Source of the DNA: Succinatimonas hippei
Lineage (GTDB): Bacteria > Pseudomonadota > Gammaproteobacteria > Enterobacterales > Succinivibrionaceae
NCBI GenBank assembly: GCA_004557545.1
Contig: SFGV01000004.1
Coordinates: forward strand, 3,166-67,165
Direction: 5' to 3'
Length of the DNA: 64,000 bases
A model generated the notes under the pieces. That model searched no databases, had not been told where the DNA came from, and saw nothing but the letters and a program-made list of their open reading frames with translations. Shown one piece after another: positions 10,894 to 21,342 of the stretch (position 1 is the stretch's first letter; each line of letters opens with the position of its first letter). The translations under genes were made by a program, and so were the position numbers.

Positions 10894-12540
10894 CTACTGG
10901 TCTCCCCTGACCACTACCCTGTTTCGTCCGCCTCTTTTAGCCTCATACATTGCCTTGTCGGCCTCGTCGATTAAGTTCTCAACCGAGTAAACCTTGTCTA
11001 TCCCGGTAACAGGACTAGCTCCCACCGAAATCGTAAGCAGGCCGGTATCATTCGCGGGATTTTTTATCCCGAGCTTTCTTACCTCATCACAAAGTCTCTG
11101 ACCTATGGATGCGCGCTGCTCAGGCTGGATATTATTTACGACAATTACAAATTCCTCGCCGCCGTATCGGTATACCACGTCACCTTCGCGATCAGAGAGG
11201 GATTTGGCCAGAGTGCTTGCGATGGTCTTTAAAACGTAATCGCCATACTGATGTCCGCGTCTGTCATTAAAATCCTTAAAGTGATCTATATCCACCATCA
11301 TCACGCACATTCCGACATCAACTGATGTGCGCTGTCTCATGCCTGTTATAAAAGCGTCAAGCGCTCTGCGGTTACCAACTCCCGTGAGCTCATCCTTATT
11401 TGACACATCCAGAAGATTGAGATAGTTGCGGCTTGTGTCACGCGCCTCAACCTCGGTCTTGTACACATCGTCAAAAAGTTTGGGCAGAACTCCGCTTATC
11501 GCGTGGATCTCACGGATACTCGAGGTTGGGAAATGACGCGGGCGGTGCTTTCTTGACCTAAAAATGGTTATAACCCTACTGATCTGGTTTAATGGGTAGC
11601 TTACATAGCGGTAGATCAGGAAAATCGACGCTCCCATGAGCACAAACAGGCTTGTAAGGGAAATAAAGACCAGAGGGGCTGAATTCCTCGCCGCCTCTAC
11701 TATGGACATCAGATGGGAATTGATGGTGCGGGTCTCAACAGTTGAGCTTTTTACCACCAGCTCGTTGATGTGTTCCCTTATCGTGTCGTATAGAACGTTA
11801 AAACGGTTTAAAGCCTGATCGTAATCATCAAGCCTTTTTATCAGCTCATTGTATTCAAGATAGTAAAGCGAGCATTCGTGAGAAGCTTTGGTATTGGCCT
11901 TTACACTTGAGCATTCGCTGAGTCTGCGTCGCGCCGCCGTTTTGATACGCTCAACTCCGTCTGTGTTGTAGCCGTCAAGCTTAATCTGATCAAGAGAAAG
12001 AGCTCTCATCCATTCTTTGATAAAAGGACCGCTTTTCTCACCTACAGCGTCATCAATCAGGATCCCGTAGTAAGTTATGCTATTCAAAGAGTTTATAAGA
12101 TCATTCTGTCTGCTCTCGAGGGCGATGCGGCTGTACCAGAATGTCTGCAGCTGACGCATGAGCACCGACGTGCCCGAATCGTCAGCGTTGTTCTCGTTAT
12201 CCGCTATTTCAGTAAGTATGCTCTGCGCGCTGACAAAAGCGGTACGCGCCGGGATCTTGCTTACCGTTGTATGAATAGTCTGAAGATGGTAGCGAAGCGA
12301 ATCTATATTGATGAATACTTTCTGCGCGTTAAAAATCTGCGGAACCACGTCATACGTAAGCTGCTCTGAGCTTATAGCCATTGAGCGGAATTCATTGTAA
12401 AAGAAGAAGAGCACGCCCACTATGACAACGAGCATTGGCGAAAACACCAGCAATACAAAGGTCTGAACCTTCAGTAAATGCGCTTTCCGTTCCCGCGCGT
12501 TTTTGACCAGCTTGTCCGCGCTCTGTTCTTCTTCATTCAT
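10894..12540 (-). CDS. Membrane-bound diguanylate cyclase
   Basis: Two TM segments flanking a periplasmic domain; DELTG.GNRR, DIDHFK.FND, REGD I-site and GGEEF. Confidence 0.9.
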   Translation of the reverse strand: MNEEEQSADKLVKNARERKAHLLKVQTFVLLVFSPMLVVIVGVLFFFYNEFRSMAISSEQLTYDVVPQIFNAQKVFINIDSLRYHLQTIHTTVSKIPARTAFVSAQSILTEIADNENNADDSGTSVLMRQLQTFWYSRIALESRQNDLINSLNSITYYGILIDDAVGEKSGPFIKEWMRALSLDQIKLDGYNTDGVERIKTAARRRLSECSSVKANTKASHECSLYYLEYNELIKRLDDYDQALNRFNVLYDTIREHINELVVKSSTVETRTINSHLMSIVEAARNSAPLVFISLTSLFVLMGASIFLIYRYVSYPLNQISRVITIFRSRKHRPRHFPTSSIREIHAISGVLPKLFDDVYKTEVEARDTSRNYLNLLDVSNKDELTGVGNRRALDAFITGMRQRTSVDVGMCVMMVDIDHFKDFNDRRGHQYGDYVLKTIASTLAKSLSDREGDVVYRYGGEEFVIVVNNIQPEQRASIGQRLCDEVRKLGIKNPANDTGLLTISVGASPVTGIDKVYSVENLIDEADKAMYEAKRGGRNRVVVRGDQ

Positions 12541-12552
12541 ACTGAATTGTTC

Positions 12553-13410
12553 CTACAGTCCTTCGGTGGAAAAGGGGAAGAAATTTAGCATCGTACTGCT
12601 AAATGTTCCGGCTCTGCGTAATTTAGACACAGCCCCATTGAGCATCTGCAACAGCCGCCCGTTTTCAGCCGTCAGAATAGTGAATTCATCCGACTGTCCG
12701 CTTTTGTAAAACTTAAGTCTGTCAGGCGCCATATAGAAGACATCACTGCTTTGAACCATCATTCCGTAAGCGGTAAGGTTATCAAGAAACAACGCGTCAA
12801 CCTTGCCTTTTTTCAAGGCGTCAAACATATCATCATAGTTGCCGTATACAGAGTAATAGGCTATTTTTTTTATCTCCCTGGCTTCCTCCAGGGCCTTGTA
12901 CTCTCCGGTGGCGAAATGCACGCCTATGTTAAGTGATGAAAGCTCATCTGTCGTGGCAAAGGCTATATTTGAGTCAAGCGATACTAAAACCGGACGGGCT
13001 TTTATAAGAGGCGTAGTCCTTTTCAGATTCATACCGTACCGGCCGCTGACATAAAAGCCCGCGGCAAAATCCACCTCGCCACTCATGATCAGATGCTCAA
13101 GATCACTGTATGGCACATATTTAATCTTGCAGATGATCCGCAATTCATCGCAAATGGCGTCCATCGCGCGCACGGCAAAACCATCATATTTTCCATACAC
13201 ACCTGAAAAAGAAGAGAAAAGTATGTGGTTTCTCGTCAGTCCCACGACATATTCCTTACGCGGCTCCGCCCTCTGCATTGGCTGCTTTATGCTCAGAATG
13301 CCCTGTGTGATCTCATCATCGCAAAGCGCTGGTCGCAGACATGACAAAAGGACAAATATAACCGCGAGAAAAAAATTCACTCTTGCATTCATCAGGGAAC
13401 TATCAGCCAT
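12553..13410 (-). CDS. Periplasmic solute-binding protein (family 3-like)
   Basis: Signal peptide; G.YDGF....DAIC, L.SGEVD and ALKKGKVDA..D motifs. Confidence 0.8.
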   Translation of the reverse strand: MADSSLMNARVNFFLAVIFVLLSCLRPALCDDEITQGILSIKQPMQRAEPRKEYVVGLTRNHILFSSFSGVYGKYDGFAVRAMDAICDELRIICKIKYVPYSDLEHLIMSGEVDFAAGFYVSGRYGMNLKRTTPLIKARPVLVSLDSNIAFATTDELSSLNIGVHFATGEYKALEEAREIKKIAYYSVYGNYDDMFDALKKGKVDALFLDNLTAYGMMVQSSDVFYMAPDRLKFYKSGQSDEFTILTAENGRLLQMLNGAVSKLRRAGTFSSTMLNFFPFSTEGL

Positions 13411-13563
13411 TCATAACCTTTATTGATTCTATAGGCTCTTTGCTCTAAAAAGCGCAACTTAAGTGTGAGATGCCGCACTAATTCACTTGTGTTTTATCAA
13501 AATTAATGAGCGCTTTAACGCTGTCTCTTTCCCACCTGAATAAAAGACCGGGGTGATACGGAT

Positions 13564-13592
13564 TTGATGACATGACCTTTGCGGTCTATAAT
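13564..13592 (+). promoter_or_regulatory. Sigma70 promoter for ribA
   Basis: TTGATG-N17-TATAAT. Confidence 0.6.
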
Positions 13593-13608
13593 CTGACTGC
13601 TCCGTCAC

Positions 13609-14268
13609 ATGACGGATCTTTCCACGATCGGGATATTTAAATTGCCTTCCGTACCCACACAGAAAAATAAAAGTTTAAGACTAGTTCAGGGGCCGATTGC
13701 CAATCTGCCCACACGCTACGGTAACTTTAAGATTACGATCTTCCGTGAAGATGATCGTCTGGATCACGCCATGGTATTTATGGGAGATCTCGCAGACGGC
13801 AAAAGCGTGCTTTGCCGCATTCATTCTGAATGTCTTACAGGTGACGTGTTCGGTTCCCTAAGATGCGACTGCGGTTTCCAGCTGGCGGCCGCGCTTGGTG
13901 CTATAGCCGCAGAAGGACGCGGCGCACTTCTTTATATGCGTCAGGAAGGACGCGGAATTGGCCTTTTCAACAAGATCCGCGCCTACCATCTTCAGGATGG
14001 CGGACTTGACACCGTAGACGCCAATCTGCGCCTTGGCTTTGACGCCGATGAGCGCCATTATGGCGTGTGCGGACACATGATGCGCGCTATGGGCTTTGAT
14101 CACGTGATCCTTATGACCAACAACCCAGCTAAGATCGACTCAATTACCAAACACGGGATAGTTGTTACAGAAAGACGGGCGCTTGAATACGGGCGCAACC
14201 GTTACAACGAAGGTTATCTGGACACCAAAGCAGAACGTATGGGACACCTGTTGCATCATCAGGACTAA
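13609..14268 (+). CDS. ribA: GTP cyclohydrolase II
   Basis: RIHSECLTGD, SLRCDCG, QEGRGIG and TNNP.K motifs; start uncertain. Confidence 0.96.
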   Translation: MTDLSTIGIFKLPSVPTQKNKSLRLVQGPIANLPTRYGNFKITIFREDDRLDHAMVFMGDLADGKSVLCRIHSECLTGDVFGSLRCDCGFQLAAALGAIAAEGRGALLYMRQEGRGIGLFNKIRAYHLQDGGLDTVDANLRLGFDADERHYGVCGHMMRAMGFDHVILMTNNPAKIDSITKHGIVVTERRALEYGRNRYNEGYLDTKAERMGHLLHHQD

Positions 14269-14333
14269 ATTCGATTTGGGCTGAACATCAATACGGTGGA
14301 TAGTCTGGACGCGACGCTTTTCAAACGCGCGCG

Positions 14334-14368
14334 AAAAGGGGATGGCGATTATTTCGCCATCCCCTTTT
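14334..14368. terminator. Bidirectional terminator between ribA and htpG
   Basis: Perfect 15-bp inverted repeat AAAAGGGGATGGCGA / TCGCCATCCCCTTTT. Confidence 0.85.
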
Positions 14369-14416
14369 AAGATCCCGCTCAATACCGCAAGCGCGATATT
14401 GAAAGCCTGTCCCTGA

Positions 14417-16330
14417 TTATCCCAAAAGCAGGGAGTTTAAATTCTTAACAAAACTTGCCGGATCTTTAAGACCGCCCTGATCTGAGAGCAGAGCCTGTTC
14501 ATAAATAACCTCAGCCCATTTCTCAAAGCGGGTTTCATCAGGCTCCGCGTACGCCTTTTTGACCAGAGGATGATCAGGGTTGATCTCAAGCGTGTACTTC
14601 TCATCAGGGAGCTTCTGACCTGAGGCCTCAAGCAGACGCTTCATCTGTGAGGTCATCATGCGGTTGCCATCAGTTATAACGCATGAAGGAGAGTCGGTAA
14701 GACGGGTTGATACCTCAACTCCCTTAACCTTGTCACCAAGAGCTTTCTTAAAGCGCTCAATGAGATCTTTATTCTCTTTGGCAGAGGCTTCCTTGCGCTC
14801 CTTCTCCTCTTTTCCGCCAAGCTCGTCCGAAAGCTTGAGATCAGAGGCTGAGGCAGAGACAAATTCCTTGTCCTTGTAGCTTGAGATATTACCCATCAGC
14901 CATTCATCAATGCGCTCCCACATGAGCAGCACTTCAATACCTTTTTTCTTCAGGTTTTCAATATAGGGCGAATTTGCGGCGGCCTCGTAGCTGTCCGCTG
15001 TCAGGTAGTAGATCTTGTCCTGTCCTTTGACCATACGGCCGATATAATCATCAAGCGAGACACTCTGGGCGCTGGTGCCGTCCTTGGTTGAGGCAAAGCG
15101 CAGGAGCTTTAATACCTCATCACGGTTGTCATAATCCTCAACAGGCCCCTCTTTGAGGCAGTTGCCAAACTGTCCCCAGAACTCGGCGTATTTATCCTTG
15201 TCAGATGCGAGCTTGCCGATCATCTGAAGAGCGCGCTTGGTCAGAGCCTTCTTGAGCTTGCGGGTTACCGCGCTCTCCTGCAGAAGCTCACGGGAAATAT
15301 TCAGAGGCAGAGCGTTTGTGTCAACAAGACCTGAGACAAAGCGCAGATATGTAGGAAGGAAAGCCTCCGCCTTGTCCATTATGAATACGCGCTGCACGAA
15401 AAGCTTAAGCCCGTGCTGGTTCTGACGGGTATACAGATCCCACGGAGCGGTCTTGGGAATGTACAGAAGCGAGGTGTATTCAAGACTGCCTTCAACCTTG
15501 TTGTGCGCCCAGCACAGCGGATCCTGATAATCATGAGTCAGGTGTTTGTAAAACTCCTTGTACTCATCATCCTTAACTTCTTTTGGATTGCGGGTCCACA
15601 GCGCCTTGGCGTCGTTGACCTGTTCCCATTCAAAGTGGGACTTAGGCTTGCTCTCCTTGTCCTCACCTTCTTTCTTTTCCGGGGCGTCAAATTTCTCGGC
15701 CCAGAGCTCAACGGGAACTGAGATGTGATCAGAGTATTTGGTTATAGCCTCGCGTAAGGTCCACTCCTCGAGGAATTCCTTGCATGAATCCTTAAGGTGC
15801 AGGATCACATCAGTTCCGCGCTGCTTACGCTCGATATTCTCGGACTCAAATGTTCCGCTTCCGGTTGATTCCCAGCGCACCCCCTCATTCTCTTTGGCAT
15901 TAACGCTGCGTGAGAGTACGGTCACACGATCCGCGACAATGAATGATGAATAGAAACCTACGCCAAACTGGCCGATAAGCTGCGAGTCACGGGCAGCGTC
16001 GCCGGTCAGTTTTTTCATGAATTCTTCAGTGCCTGACTCGGCGATGGTGCCAAGATGGCTGTTGGCCTCATCGAGTGTCATGCCAAGACCATTATCAGAA
16101 ATAGTAAGGGTTCCGGCATCCTTGTCAGCGCGGATCCTGATGTGGAATACCGGATCGTCTTTTACAAGATCCTGATTGGTCAGCGACATGAAATGAAGCT
16201 TGTCTATGGCGTCCGAGGCGTTTGAGATAAGCTCACGCAGGAAAACTTCTTTGTTTGAGTAAAGCGAGTTGGCAAGCAGATCAAGAAGCTTGGCAACCTG
16301 GGTCTGGAAACCATGAACGGTAGCGGTCAT
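14417..16330 (-). CDS. htpG: Chaperone HtpG (Hsp90)
   Basis: LYSNKEVFLRELISNASDA, IGQFGVGFYS and LPLNISRE motifs. Confidence 0.98.
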   Translation of the reverse strand: MTATVHGFQTQVAKLLDLLANSLYSNKEVFLRELISNASDAIDKLHFMSLTNQDLVKDDPVFHIRIRADKDAGTLTISDNGLGMTLDEANSHLGTIAESGTEEFMKKLTGDAARDSQLIGQFGVGFYSSFIVADRVTVLSRSVNAKENEGVRWESTGSGTFESENIERKQRGTDVILHLKDSCKEFLEEWTLREAITKYSDHISVPVELWAEKFDAPEKKEGEDKESKPKSHFEWEQVNDAKALWTRNPKEVKDDEYKEFYKHLTHDYQDPLCWAHNKVEGSLEYTSLLYIPKTAPWDLYTRQNQHGLKLFVQRVFIMDKAEAFLPTYLRFVSGLVDTNALPLNISRELLQESAVTRKLKKALTKRALQMIGKLASDKDKYAEFWGQFGNCLKEGPVEDYDNRDEVLKLLRFASTKDGTSAQSVSLDDYIGRMVKGQDKIYYLTADSYEAAANSPYIENLKKKGIEVLLMWERIDEWLMGNISSYKDKEFVSASASDLKLSDELGGKEEKERKEASAKENKDLIERFKKALGDKVKGVEVSTRLTDSPSCVITDGNRMMTSQMKRLLEASGQKLPDEKYTLEINPDHPLVKKAYAEPDETRFEKWAEVIYEQALLSDQGGLKDPASFVKNLNSLLLG

Positions 16331-16380
16331 TTGAAATAAAAATCTCCAGTCAAATCTACTAATAAATTGTCTTATGCCTA

Positions 16381-16408
16381 TATGGGGACTTGTATGCTTA
16401 TTTTCAAG
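16381..16408 (-). promoter_or_regulatory. Sigma32 (RpoH) heat-shock promoter of htpG
   Basis: Minus strand CTTGAAA-N14-CCCCATA matches the sigma32 consensus. Confidence 0.88.
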
Positions 16409-16532
16409 AGGACAAATCAGGTATCGCGAAGCGGTGGGGAAATTTGGTAATTTGCTCAGGGCACCAGCGCAACGCGCTGTGCCCTGTTAGATGGAAACAT
16501 TAAAAAGTTTTCAAAACAGCCGTGTCATCAGG

Positions 16533-17141
16533 TCAGCCTATGCGCCTGCGATACTCCAGCGATGTTGTAAGGGTCAGACCGTCAACACTCTGGATATCAC
16601 CGCCCATTGGGATCCCGGTAGCGATCCCGGATACAGTGATCCCGCGGCGTCTGGCCATCGCGGCAAGATACTGCTTTGTAGCCTCGCCTTCAGCGGACTG
16701 CCCCAAGGCAAGGATCATCTCCTTTACTCTGCCTTCATCAAGACGTTTTCCGAGACTCTCAAGCCCAAGCTCCTCAGGACCTATACCATCAATAGGAGAG
16801 AGATGTCCGTGCAGTACAAAGTAGGTTCCGTGAAACGCCCCCGACTGCTCAAAGGCCTCCACATCCATGGGGCTTTCCACCACACACAGCATCCCGCTGT
16901 CACGTCGATGGAAGTCAGAGCAGATGGAACACTTTTCACCCTCCGCGTCACAATAGTTCCTGCAATCAGGACAAAGCGCTATATGCTCCGCTGCCTCTTT
17001 TAAGACAGATGAAATGCGCAAAGCATCATCGCGTTTGCGATCCAGAAGGTTAAAAGCGATCCTTGAGGCGCTGACAGGCCCTATCCCGGGCATTGCCTGC
17101 AGCGCCTCTATCAGACGATCAAGAAGTCTGCTCGATGACAT
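16533..17141 (-). CDS. recR: Recombination protein RecR
   Basis: MPGIGP HhH motif, C4 zinc finger, CVVE and HGHLSPIDGIGP Toprim motifs. Confidence 0.96.
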   Translation of the reverse strand: MSSSRLLDRLIEALQAMPGIGPVSASRIAFNLLDRKRDDALRISSVLKEAAEHIALCPDCRNYCDAEGEKCSICSDFHRRDSGMLCVVESPMDVEAFEQSGAFHGTYFVLHGHLSPIDGIGPEELGLESLGKRLDEGRVKEMILALGQSAEGEATKQYLAAMARRRGITVSGIATGIPMGGDIQSVDGLTLTTSLEYRRRIG

Positions 17142-17461
17142 CAGAATGGAAGCTTCATGCCAGGAGGAAGGGGTATTCCAGCGGTTACCGCGCCAAGCAG
17201 TTCCTTGGATTTCTCCTCAACCCTGCGTCCGGCATCGTTAAAGGCCGCGGCGATAAGATCCTCTAATACATCCTTATCCTCGCCCATAACCGAGTCATCA
17301 ATGCTCACGCGCTTGACCTCACGGTTTCCGGTCATTGTGACTTTAACCATGCCGGCCCCGGATTCACCAGTGATTTCCAGGTTGGCGACTTCTTCCTGAG
17401 CTTTCTGCATGCGCTCCTGAAGAGCCTGCGCCTGTCTTAATAAATTAGCCTGATTAAACAT
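17141..17461 (-). CDS. ybaB: YbaB/EbfC nucleoid-associated protein
   Basis: [22 protein letters not shown] and LPPGMKLPF motifs. Confidence 0.96.
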   Translation of the reverse strand: MFNQANLLRQAQALQERMQKAQEEVANLEITGESGAGMVKVTMTGNREVKRVSIDDSVMGEDKDVLEDLIAAAFNDAGRRVEEKSKELLGAVTAGIPLPPGMKLPF

Positions 17462-17704
17462 TTGGCTGGTAACTCCCCCAAAAAAAGAAACATGTGGATC
17501 TTAACAAAAAGGCATACCCCAATGAGGCTATTTTATTCCCGCTGAAAATTAAACGCGGGAGAGCTTCATCAGATAAAACCGCGGCTAACACAATTGACAC
17601 TCCCCATGTCTAAAGCCAGGGGTTTTGCGCCGCATCTCGATAAGGCCTGCACCTTAGAGCTTAAAAAGCGAAAGGCACAGGCTCTCAAACAGAATTACGC
17701 ACAA

Positions 17705-18295
17705 TCAGGCCATTTCTTTATTGGCCTTGTCGATGATCTCCTGAACCTTGGTTTTATCCAATTTTGAGAACGGAACAAAAGGCGCCGGACGTTCTACCGC
17801 GTTTTCATCGCAGATACGCTTTTCAAGCAGGATCACGTCCAGCCATCTTCCGTTCTTGTAACCGGTCTTGTGCAGTACTCCGCATTTATTGAAACCAAGC
17901 TTGCGGTGTAAAGACTCAGAACGTGGATTGCCTTCGGTGACATTTGAGTAGACGTTGCGCACGTTCTGAAGTCTTAAGATATCCATAAGCACATTCATGG
18001 CAAAGGTGCCGTAGTGATTCCCGCGGCGGTTGAGCCTGATGAACGCTCTGAGCTCAGCGTTCCATGAAAGACCGGGCTGGGCAAGATCGCCACGCGCGAA
18101 AGCGTACCCCACAACCTCTGAACTGTCCTCTATGACTATAAACGGATAGTCATGAGAATACGCGAGGATCTGAGTTTCCTTATCCGCGACACTCGGGATC
18201 TCGTATTCCAGAGTAATTGGGGTCTCGATGTACTGCTTCATGATTTCAAGAAGCGCCGAGGCATCCTGTACCACGGCAAGACGTATGTGAGCCAT
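17705..18295 (-). CDS. GNAT N-acetyltransferase (phosphinothricin/MnaT-like)
   Basis: ITLEYEIP, GYA, N..SESLH.KLGF and GYK.GRWLDV motifs; ATG 18295 has AGGGG SD. Confidence 0.85.
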   Translation of the reverse strand: MAHIRLAVVQDASALLEIMKQYIETPITLEYEIPSVADKETQILAYSHDYPFIVIEDSSEVVGYAFARGDLAQPGLSWNAELRAFIRLNRRGNHYGTFAMNVLMDILRLQNVRNVYSNVTEGNPRSESLHRKLGFNKCGVLHKTGYKNGRWLDVILLEKRICDENAVERPAPFVPFSKLDKTKVQEIIDKANKEMA

Positions 18296-18407
18296 TTTTA
18301 TCCCCTGATACGACGGATTAACCGTCTTTATTAAATTTAAAACCATTCTAGCAATTGGAGCGGGCTTTTTAAATCATTGACTAAGCGATGTAAAAATCCT
18401 TTTATTT

Positions 18408-18423
18408 TGTGATATAGATCACA
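18408..18423. promoter_or_regulatory. CRP-type binding site
   Basis: TGTGA-tataga-TCACA, perfect core consensus. Confidence 0.75.
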
Positions 18424-18480
18424 AACGTCAAAAATGTAAAAAATTTTCTTGATGAAAACGTAAGTTTTATGTAACATACA

Positions 18481-18596
18481 ACCATCATCTTAACGTTGTG
18501 TTCTGATGGTTAGTAGCGGGGTTCTCATCAGTGAGATTCCTCAAACTCCAAAGCAGATAATTAGCCCTGATCATCATTTGGTCAGGGTCTTTTTTT
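18481..18596 (+). ncRNA. Candidate trans-acting small RNA (about 115 nt)
   Basis: Promoter TTGATG-N17-TAACAT (18449-18477), two hairpins, CU-rich linker, terminator 18564-18596; both flanking genes are on the minus strand. Confidence 0.6.
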
Positions 18597-18811
18597 ATGT
18601 GTTTTTGGTAAAAGAAGTACAGTTTCATCTCAAATCGCATTCAGTGATTTCCCTGTTGCTAATTCTTTATGAAATAAATTCACATAAAAAGCACATAAAA
18701 AAATGGTAAGCAACCGGCAATCGCTCCAGAAGATCCCTTATGAACTCTTAAAAAGCATAAATCCATTGCACTGCCGCAAGCCTCCAGTGTGATTTTCAGA
18801 TTTCCAAGACC

Positions 18812-18838
18812 AAAAAACCCGGATCAGCTCCGGGTTTT
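18812..18838 (-). terminator. feoB terminator
   Basis: AAAACCCGGA..TCCGGGTTTT hairpin with a T-run on the minus strand. Confidence 0.75.
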
Positions 18839-18857
18839 AGTCTGATTTCAATCCTCT

Positions 18858-21014
18858 TTAATTAGAAGTTCTCGCGGCAATACGTAATGAGCTTTTTTTG
18901 CCGCTGTCCTTTCTGAAGAGGAGGTAGAGGAAAACCGCCAGAACAATAAAGGCAACCACGGTGAAAGGTCCGAACGGAACCTGTCCCAGAATAAGACCGC
19001 CAATCTGATAAATAACCAGTGAGAGGCAGTACGCGTAGCAGAGCATGTAGCATACCGAGAAGCCGAACCATCTGCCAGAGCCGAACTGCCGCTTCATCGC
19101 GCCTAGCGCGGCGACGCAGGGGGTTGACCAGAGGTTGAAAGCCAGGAAGGCGAACGCTGCAACTGAAGTCGGGAATACGCCCTGAAGAGCGGCGCTAAGC
19201 CCCTGATCATCTTCAGCTACATCTGAGGCAAGCCCAAGCAGTACCGCCATGGTGCCGACAACATTCTCTTTTGCCAGAAGTCCTGTGATGACCGCAACCG
19301 CGGCCTGCCAGAAACCAAAGCCAAGCGGCACAAATATAAAGGCTATCAGGCTGCCGAAGGATGAGAGCATTGACTCTGATACGTCAACCATCCTGAAGCC
19401 TTCACTGGTGAAGTTAAAGTTCGAGAAGAACCAGATGACCACTACGGTGCCGAAGATTATGGTACCGGCCTTGATGATGAAGGCCTTGCAACGCTCATAG
19501 GTTGTTCTTACAACGTTCAGGGCGCGTGGCAGATGATAGTCAGGCAGCTCCATCACGAACGGGCTTACATCCTCCTTAAAGGCCGAGCTCTTCTTTAAGA
19601 TGATACCGGTCACGGCGATTGAGAAGATGCCAAGCAGATAGACCGCCGGAGCGATCCAGGTCTGCTCTGGGAAGAATGACAAGAAGATCATGGTCATGAT
19701 CGGGAGCTTAGCCGAGCATGGCAGGAAGGAGGTCGTGATAAGCGTGATCCTCTGCTCGTTGACGTTGTCGATGCTCTTGGTGGACATAAGAGCCGGAACC
19801 GCGCAACCGGTGGCGATCAGAATAGGAATAAAGCTGCGTCCTGAGAGACCAAAACGTCTGAAGATCCTGTCCAGAACAAACGCCACGCGCGTCATGTATC
19901 CGCACTGCTCTACTATCGAAAGCAGGAAGAACAGAACGATCATCTGGGGAACAAAGCCCAGAACCGCGCCGACACCGCCTATAATGCCGTCAACCACCAG
20001 TGAGCGCAGCCAGTCGGGAGCCAGAGCCTGATCAAGCAGCCAGTTGGCACCGTCCGTGCACCATTCACCGAAGACAACATCGTTGGCGTAATCAGTAGCG
20101 GCGGTTCCCACGGTAGTAACCGCGAGGTAGTAAATGACATAGATGATTGCTGCGAAAATTGGCAGCGCCAGCCACTTGTTGGTCACTATATTGTCAATCT
20201 TGGCTGAGATCTGTGTCTTGACACCGCTCCCGGTTCTGGAGGAGATCTCCGGCATGATCTTGTCAATAAAGTTGTAGCGGGCCTGAGGGAAATAGGCCTC
20301 AGCGTCAGTTCCGTACTTGCGCTCGATAGTGGCGCGGTCGCGTACAACCTCAGTTAAGATCTTCTCGCTTGAGCGGTACTCCTCAAGATAAACCTTGTCC
20401 TGCTGCAACAGTGAAGTCGCGATAAAGGTTTTCTCGGCGCTGTTAGTATTGTCTCCAAGCAGACCGCCAATCTCAGAGAGCATGTCAACCACGGCCTGAG
20501 GATATACGGAAGTGACCTTGTCAGAAGCCTTGGCTTTATCGATAGCGTCTAGCAACTGCTCTAATCCATGACCATTTGAGGCTGAGATCGGCACAACCGT
20601 TACTCCAAGTTTTTCGGAGAGCTTGCCGGCATCGATGCTTATGCCTTTTTCCTTTAAAAGATCGGTCATATTCAGGGCGATGACCATGGGTCTGCCCATA
20701 GGCAGGATCTCGAGGGTAAGCGAAAGCGAGCGCTCAAGGTGAGTGGCGTCAACTACATTGAGCACCACGTCATAATCATTGGACAGAAGGAAATTTCTTG
20801 AGACGATTTCTTCGGCTGAATACGGGGAGAGTGAGTAGAGACCCGGAAGATCAACCACATCCCAGTCGCGTTTTGAAATTTTGCCAATAACCTGATCCAC
20901 GGTTACGCCAGGCCAGTTGCCAACGTACTGGTTTGCTCCGGTAAGCGCGTTGAACAGTGTGGTCTTGCCGCAGTTCTGATTACCGATTAAGGCGATAGTT
21001 TTCTCAGTCATCAC
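18858..21014 (-). CDS. feoB: Ferrous iron transporter B
   Basis: GNQNCGKTT, GNWPGVT, DLPG and NMTD G-motifs plus a polytopic membrane domain. Confidence 0.96.
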   Translation of the reverse strand: MMTEKTIALIGNQNCGKTTLFNALTGANQYVGNWPGVTVDQVIGKISKRDWDVVDLPGLYSLSPYSAEEIVSRNFLLSNDYDVVLNVVDATHLERSLSLTLEILPMGRPMVIALNMTDLLKEKGISIDAGKLSEKLGVTVVPISASNGHGLEQLLDAIDKAKASDKVTSVYPQAVVDMLSEIGGLLGDNTNSAEKTFIATSLLQQDKVYLEEYRSSEKILTEVVRDRATIERKYGTDAEAYFPQARYNFIDKIMPEISSRTGSGVKTQISAKIDNIVTNKWLALPIFAAIIYVIYYLAVTTVGTAATDYANDVVFGEWCTDGANWLLDQALAPDWLRSLVVDGIIGGVGAVLGFVPQMIVLFFLLSIVEQCGYMTRVAFVLDRIFRRFGLSGRSFIPILIATGCAVPALMSTKSIDNVNEQRITLITTSFLPCSAKLPIMTMIFLSFFPEQTWIAPAVYLLGIFSIAVTGIILKKSSAFKEDVSPFVMELPDYHLPRALNVVRTTYERCKAFIIKAGTIIFGTVVVIWFFSNFNFTSEGFRMVDVSESMLSSFGSLIAFIFVPLGFGFWQAAVAVITGLLAKENVVGTMAVLLGLASDVAEDDQGLSAALQGVFPTSVAAFAFLAFNLWSTPCVAALGAMKRQFGSGRWFGFSVCYMLCYAYCLSLVIYQIGGLILGQVPFGPFTVVAFIVLAVFLYLLFRKDSGKKSSLRIAARTSN

Positions 21015-21235
21015 TGCACCTCTACAAGTTTCGCGTCGCTTTTACGGACAGTCAGCGAATAGCCGCGAACGTTGAGTTCAATAGGGTCGCCCAGCGGCGC
21101 GAATCTCACCATGGTAACTTTGGTCTTGGGGGTAATACCCATATCAAGAAGGCGCCGTCTGAGTGAAGTACCTTCACCATGGACGGATACGACTTCGGCG
21201 CTCTCACCTTTGTTCAAGCTGTCTAATGTCTTCAT
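21011..21235 (-). CDS. feoA: Ferrous iron transport protein A
   Basis: RRRLLDMGIT and APLGDPIE motifs. Confidence 0.95.
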   Translation of the reverse strand: MKTLDSLNKGESAEVVSVHGEGTSLRRRLLDMGITPKTKVTMVRFAPLGDPIELNVRGYSLTVRKSDAKLVEVQ

Positions 21236-21300
21236 TTATAAAATCCGGACTGAATATAAATTATGGTTGTTATCAGATGGTTAACTAAAGTCAGAAATAA

Positions 21301-21342
21301 TTGGTTAGCTCTATCTAACACCTGTCAGTTTAGGCTAACCAA
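21301..21342. promoter_or_regulatory. Two DtxR/MntR-type metal-repressor boxes upstream of feoA
   Basis: GGTTAGCCTAAACTGA (minus, 14/16) and GGTTAGCTCTATCTAA (plus, 12/16) versus GGTTAGCCTAACCTAA. Confidence 0.6.

Noticed and set aside
13411..13608. FMN riboswitch upstream of ribA
   Set aside because: No RFN conserved blocks, and the predicted promoter leaves a leader too short to hold one.
18506..18709. 67-aa plus-strand ORF
   Set aside because: No SD, runs through a strong intrinsic terminator and has no protein-like motifs; better explained as an sRNA plus spacer.
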